64,000 bases of DNA, from NCBI GenBank assembly GCA_964523615.1, contig CAZFZU010000001.1, forward strand, positions 27,063-91,062, in the 5' to 3' direction. This DNA comes from an uncultured Eubacteriales bacterium. Lineage in GTDB: Bacteria; Acidobacteriota; Aminicenantia; Aminicenantales; Saccharicenantaceae. Numbering within the stretch: the first letter of the stretch is position 1; each line of letters begins with the position of its first letter. The notes beneath the pieces were generated by a model, which made no database searches, was not told where the DNA came from, and saw only the letters and a list, made by a program, of their open reading frames with translations. Below, one piece after another: positions 60,133 to 64,000 of this stretch. A program made the position numbers and the translations under genes.

Positions 60133-60396
60133 ATGAAAGAGAACAAGGATCAGCCGAGAAGGATCAGTACCTGCTTCGAGGGCTCGCCCTGTGCGGAGAT
60201 GATGCAGAAGATCCTGAAGGAAAGCGGCATCGGCTCTCTCTGCGAAGAGCTGATGAGGACCACGGCGAACGGATCCGGAGGAGCCCGACGGCAGCCCCGA
60301 GAAGACGAGAGGCCGGCCCGGGAGGCAGGGACCGATCAGGGCCCCCAGGCCGCCCCAAGTCCCGATAAAGATCAATATCCTGGAGGTGTGAAATGA
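60133..60396 (+). CDS. Small hypothetical protein: Cys-containing N-terminal half, disordered C-terminal half
   Basis: 87 aa with CFEGSPCAEMMQKILKESGIGSLCEELM. The stop overlaps the next ATG (ATGA). The RBS is weak. Confidence 0.4.
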   Translation: MKENKDQPRRISTCFEGSPCAEMMQKILKESGIGSLCEELMRTTANGSGGARRQPREDERPAREAGTDQGPQAAPSPDKDQYPGGVK

Positions 60397-60575
60397 TCGG
60401 ATCCCTGATGAAGCTCCACAAGTGCGCCCACTGCCCCATCCGGTGCCGGGCCTCGCGAAAGCCCCGGTCGCTCTTCGCGCGCATCCATCGCTGGCACGCG
60501 ACCTGGTGGCCCGGCTGGAAGCTGTACCAGTCGGAGCTCGGCGCCCGGACGGCCAAGGCCATGCCGCGCGTCTGA
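60393..60575 (+). CDS. Small Cys/Trp-rich hypothetical protein
   Basis: 60 aa with HKCAHCPIRC...RIHRWHATWWPGWKLY. A GGAGG RBS lies 7 nt upstream. Confidence 0.5.
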   Translation: MIGSLMKLHKCAHCPIRCRASRKPRSLFARIHRWHATWWPGWKLYQSELGARTAKAMPRV

Positions 60576-60613
60576 AGTCCCGACACGAAAATATCATTCA
60601 GAGGAGGAAGGAC

Positions 60614-60985
60614 ATGAACAACACGATGAAGGAAGTCGAAACCGGCGATCCGTCCGGCGACCGCCGGCTGGGCAGGCGCCTCGATGAGATCTCCCTGGCC
60701 CTGGTCCTGGTCATGACCGGGGCGATGTGGCTGGCCCCCAAGGGGATGTTGCCCGAGGGCTCCTGGCTCGTGGGCGTGGGGCTGATCGTGCTCGGGCTGA
60801 ACGCCGTCAGGCGCCTGCGGGGCCTCAAAGCGAGCGGCTTCGGCCTCATCCTCGGTCTGATCGCGTTCGCCGCCGGGATCGGCCGCATCATCGGCCGGGA
60901 CCTCCCGATCATCCCCGGCGTGCTGATCGTCCTGGGCGTCGGACTGGTCATCAGGGCCGCGGCGCGGAGAAGAACCGCCGCTTGA
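60614..60985 (+). CDS. Small integral membrane protein (3-4 TM)
   Basis: 123 aa with a GAGGAGGA RBS. The hydrophobic segments are [40 protein letters not shown] and [15 protein letters not shown]. Confidence 0.6.
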   Translation: MNNTMKEVETGDPSGDRRLGRRLDEISLALVLVMTGAMWLAPKGMLPEGSWLVGVGLIVLGLNAVRRLRGLKASGFGLILGLIAFAAGIGRIIGRDLPIIPGVLIVLGVGLVIRAAARRRTAA

Positions 60986-62003
60986 AGAGGAGGGCCACGT
61001 TGACGAGGCCGATCATGACCGGCACTTCGACGAGCGGGCCGATGACGGCGGCGAACGCTTCGCCCGAGTTGATCCCGAATACCGCGACGGCCACGGCGAT
61101 GGCCAGCTCGAAGTTATTGCTGGCCGCCGTGAACGAGAGGGTCGCCGCCTTGGGATAATCCGCGCCCGCCTTCATGCTCAGGCCGAACGAGACCAGGAAC
61201 ATGACCACGAAATAGATCAAAAGCGGGACGGCGATGCGCAGGACGTCGAGCGGGATCTTGACGATGTACTCGCCCTTGAGCGAGAACATGACGACGATGG
61301 TGAAAAGCAGGGCGATGAGCGTGATCGGCGAGATCCGGGGGATGAACTTGGTCTCGTACCAGGCCTTGCCCTTGAGCTTGAGCAGGCTGAAGCGCGTGAT
61401 GAGCCCGGCCAGGAAGGGAATGCCGAGGTAGATGAAGACGCTTTCGGCGATCTGCCGCATGGTGATGTCGACGGCCGTCCCCGCCAGTCCCAGCCAGGTC
61501 GGGAAGACGGTGATGAAGAGGTAGGCGTAGACCGAGAAGAACAGGACCTGGAAGATCGAGTTGAAGGCCACCAGGCCCGCGGCGTACTCGCGGTCGCCGC
61601 CGGCCAGGTCGTTCCAGACGATGACCATGGCGATGCAGCGGGCCAGGCCGATCATGATCAGGCCATACATGTACTCCGGCTTGTCGCGGAGGAAGACGAC
61701 GGCCAGGCCGAACATCAGGAGCGGCCCGATGACCCAGTTCTGGACGAGGGAGAGCGAGAGGACCTTGACGTTCTTGAAAACGTCGCCGAGCTCCTCGTAC
61801 TTCACCTTGGCCAGGGGCGGGTACATCATCAGGATGAGCCCGACGGCGATGGGGATGTTGGTCGTCCCCGACTGGAACCGGTTGATGACGCCGACGACGG
61901 CCGGGACGAGATAGCCCAGCCCGACGCCGACGGCCATGGCCAGGAAGATCCACAGGGTCAGGTAGCGGTCCAGGAACTTGAGTCTCGGATTTCCGGGGGT
62001 CAT
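60951..62003 (-). CDS. acr3: ACR3 family arsenite efflux permease
   Basis: 350 aa from ATG 62003. [34 protein letters not shown] and [14 protein letters not shown] are hallmark ACR3 blocks. Confidence 0.9.
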   Translation of the reverse strand: MTPGNPRLKFLDRYLTLWIFLAMAVGVGLGYLVPAVVGVINRFQSGTTNIPIAVGLILMMYPPLAKVKYEELGDVFKNVKVLSLSLVQNWVIGPLLMFGLAVVFLRDKPEYMYGLIMIGLARCIAMVIVWNDLAGGDREYAAGLVAFNSIFQVLFFSVYAYLFITVFPTWLGLAGTAVDITMRQIAESVFIYLGIPFLAGLITRFSLLKLKGKAWYETKFIPRISPITLIALLFTIVVMFSLKGEYIVKIPLDVLRIAVPLLIYFVVMFLVSFGLSMKAGADYPKAATLSFTAASNNFELAIAVAVAVFGINSGEAFAAVIGPLVEVPVMIGLVNVALLFKRRFFSAPRP

Positions 62004-62028
62004 GATCTTCTCCTTCTTCAGAACCCTG

Positions 62029-62811
62029 TCAGGGCTTGAGCCTCTCGTAGAGTGGCTTGAGCTTCGATCGGTATTTCGACCTGATGTCCTCTTCATCATC
62101 CTTCATGGGCTTGACCGGGACGAGGTCCATAACTTCCCCTGTTGGCAGCTCCGATCTAAAATAGGCTTTCGCGGCTCCGTCGACCATTCCCGCCAGGGCC
62201 TTTCGTGCGTCTTCGCCCGACAAGCCAAACCCTGCGCCAAGGAGTTCGAGCTCCTCCCATTGGAACCAGAAATAGGTCGGCCCCATGGCGGCAAGGATGG
62301 CATACGCCTCGAGATCCTTTTCGGGGACTTCCGGGCACTCACCGAGGGTCGCCAGGATTTCGCTGATCGCGGCCCCCTCCTGATTCCCCAACGCCGGGGG
62401 ATAAGTGATCGGATTATACCCGGCGCCGACGATCGACGGCGCATTGGGGATCATCCGGCAGACCCGCATGAACCCTCCCAGCTTTTCTAATATCCGCGCG
62501 CTCGTGACCTTCGGCGCGAGAGAGATCAGGACCGCATCCGGTTTCAGGGTCCCCTTGATCTCTTCGAGCGCGGCGCCGCAGGCGGGAGGATGCAGGGCCA
62601 GGAAAACAAGGTCGCACGCGGCCGGGCTTCTGTTGTTCCCGAGGACGGTCCGGGCACGGGGAGAGATCGCCCGAATGCGAGCCAGGGCTTCTTCGCTCAC
62701 GTCGCTGACGACGATCTCTGCGAACTCTTTGCCCTTCCTCCGAAACCCCTCGAGGATGATCCTGGTTATCCTTCCTCCGCCGATAAAACCGAGGCTGACG
62801 GGATCCTTCAT
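62029..62811 (-). CDS. Pyrroline-5-carboxylate reductase-like / NADP oxidoreductase (F420-dependent-type N-domain) family protein
   Basis: 260 aa. [10 protein letters not shown] is the Rossmann motif. The overall ProC-like layout is MIPNAPS...GPTYFW. The gene lies 25 nt upstream of acr3. Confidence 0.65.
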   Translation of the reverse strand: MKDPVSLGFIGGGRITRIILEGFRRKGKEFAEIVVSDVSEEALARIRAISPRARTVLGNNRSPAACDLVFLALHPPACGAALEEIKGTLKPDAVLISLAPKVTSARILEKLGGFMRVCRMIPNAPSIVGAGYNPITYPPALGNQEGAAISEILATLGECPEVPEKDLEAYAILAAMGPTYFWFQWEELELLGAGFGLSGEDARKALAGMVDGAAKAYFRSELPTGEVMDLVPVKPMKDDEEDIRSKYRSKLKPLYERLKP

Positions 62812-62816
62812 CGCCC

Positions 62817-63506
62817 TTACCTCCCGAAAACAAAATAGAGCCCGATGCCTATGATCAGAACTCCGGCGACTTTCTGTAGGATGCCGTGGGCTTTGCGCAG
62901 GCCTTTCGATTCGAGCAGGCCCTTCGCAGCGCCGACCGATGTTCCGGCGACGAGCACCAAGGCCGAATGCCCCAGCGCATAGACGAAGAGCAGGAAGCCC
63001 CCGTAAAGGATGTTCCCTTTCTCGGCCACGAAGGCCAAGAGCACGGCCAGAATAGGCACGGCGCACGGGGTCGAAACGACGCCGAAGAGCAGGCCCAGCA
63101 GGAAGGCTCCGATATGCCCCCGTTTCTTGACCTTGAGGCCGGACGGAACAGGAAGGCTCAACCTGAGAAGACCTAGAAGGTGAAGCCCCATCAGAAGACA
63201 GACTGCCGCGACGAGATACTCCCAGAACGGACCGATATTGCCGAACATCCTTCCCATCAGGGCCGAGATGAGCCCGAGCGCGGTGAAAGTAACGGCCAAG
63301 CCCAGGACAAAGAAAAGCGAGAAGATGAGCGAGCGCTTGAGCGTCGTTGTCTCCTTGTTCCCGGCGACGACGCCCATCAGGAGCGGGATCATGGCCAGAA
63401 CGCAGGGATTCAGGGCGGTCGTCACGCCTCCCAAGAAGACAGCGACGATGGCCAGCCAAGGGCTGTGCTGAAGGAGGGCCGAGATGTCGCCGAAGAGATT
63501 CTCCAT
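62817..63506 (-). CDS. ccdA: Cytochrome c biogenesis protein CcdA / DsbD-core thiol:disulfide electron transporter
   Basis: 229 aa with 6 TM segments. The two conserved Cys lie in TALNPCVLAMIP and VVSTPCAVPIL. Confidence 0.85.
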   Translation of the reverse strand: MENLFGDISALLQHSPWLAIVAVFLGGVTTALNPCVLAMIPLLMGVVAGNKETTTLKRSLIFSLFFVLGLAVTFTALGLISALMGRMFGNIGPFWEYLVAAVCLLMGLHLLGLLRLSLPVPSGLKVKKRGHIGAFLLGLLFGVVSTPCAVPILAVLLAFVAEKGNILYGGFLLFVYALGHSALVLVAGTSVGAAKGLLESKGLRKAHGILQKVAGVLIIGIGLYFVFGR

Positions 63507-63517
63507 CTCGCCTCAGA

Positions 63518-64000
63518 TCACTGGATGCCGTGCTTCTTCAGGAGCTCGAGGATCTCCTCTTTGGGAAAAAGACCGACATGGCGGGCGATCTCCTTTCCCT
63601 TTTGGTCCAGGAAGACCTGGGTCGGGATGAGCTGGATGCGGTATTTCTCGCCCGGCTTGGGGTCCTTCCAGACGTCGTAGAAGACGACCTGGACCCGGTC
63701 GGGGAACATGGCGGCGATCTCTTTCATGATCGGCTGCATCTTCTTGCAGGGGATGCACCGGTCGGCGCCGAGCTCCAGGAACGTCACCTGGTATTTCGAG
63801 AAATCGATGTCCAGCCGGTTCGTGGCCAGGACCTCTCCTCTGGCCGCGTAGAGAGGCGGTTGGGATTGCCCGGCGGCCTCCGGCCCCGCGGCCGCCGGAG
63901 AGGGACCGGACACCCTTTGACCCCCGCTCGACGCGTTCGCGCCTCCGGCGATCAGGACGAGGGCCAGGACCGAGGCGGCAAGAACGATCTTCTGTCTGCG
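63518..64000 (-). CDS. Membrane-anchored or secreted thioredoxin-family protein (5' end outside window)
   Basis: The CxxC active site lies in GADRCIPCKKM, with a thioredoxin-like fold block IPTQVFLD. The frame stays open to nt 64000 through a hydrophobic segment (IVLAASVLALVLIAGG), so the start is probably beyond the window. Confidence 0.8.
   Translation of the reverse strand, partial: RRQKIVLAASVLALVLIAGGANASSGGQRVSGPSPAAAGPEAAGQSQPPLYAARGEVLATNRLDIDFSKYQVTFLELGADRCIPCKKMQPIMKEIAAMFPDRVQVVFYDVWKDPKPGEKYRIQLIPTQVFLDQKGKEIARHVGLFPKEEILELLKKHGIQ

Noticed and set aside
59956-60597. Minus-strand ORFs of 213 and 140 aa covering the small-gene region downstream of the sigma-54 activator.
   Set aside because: Their translations are Ser/Arg/Pro/Gly-rich with no RBS or motif. 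The plus strand offers a sigma-54 promoter, two good Shine-Dalgarno sequences and an ATGA-coupled gene pair.

Overview
High-GC (~65-70%) bacterial chromosomal segment. The gene content (GWxTD protein, CarboxypepD_reg-type TonB receptor, Ser/Thr kinase, TPR proteins, many beta-lactamase-fold hydrolases) suggests an Acidobacteria-like organism with anaerobic capacity. I support about 55 CDS. I found no rRNA, tRNA, CRISPR, transposase or integrase. Main blocks are listed here. (1) 1-5.6 kb: a sugar isomerase gene and an M28 peptidase gene, separated by a lower-GC two-gene cassette (erythromycin-esterase-like plus Kelch protein) that is bracketed by ~170-180 bp direct repeats carrying an AT-rich palindrome. 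(2) 7.8-9.8 kb: a lower-GC DUF2075-type nuclease/helicase gene wedged between native genes. (3) 10.9-28.7 kb: an 18-kb co-directional minus-strand array. It holds a glycyl-radical enzyme plus activase, a CheY-like regulator, and an FdhH-like molybdopterin protein that seems to lack the catalytic Sec/Cys and Arg. These are followed by an AsrA/AsrB (HydB/HydG)-like NAD(P)H module, a complete Hyc-type group-4 [NiFe]-hydrogenase (HycI,C,E,D,F,G), and a translationally coupled two-component system. (4) 28.8-32.6 kb: sugar porter, SpoIIM-like protein, glyoxalase, mutarotase. (5) 33-38 kb: Ser/Thr kinase, TPR, GWxTD and thioesterase genes. (6) 38-51 kb: a TonB-receptor-centred locus that looks like D-amino-acid or peptidoglycan-peptide scavenging, including Tat-signal-bearing PLP and enolase-superfamily enzymes. 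(7) 52.6-54.7 kb: a two-gene pair resembling a double-cubane-cluster protein and its activase. (8) 57-64 kb: a lower-GC arsenic/thiol-redox island. It holds an AbrB-fold protein with two vicinal Cys pairs, arsM behind a textbook sigma-70 promoter with a palindromic operator, and a PAS sigma-54 activator. Downstream are a sigma-54 promoter driving small Cys-rich proteins, ACR3, a ProC-like gene, CcdA and a thioredoxin. All family assignments come from motif recognition by eye; no database search was run.
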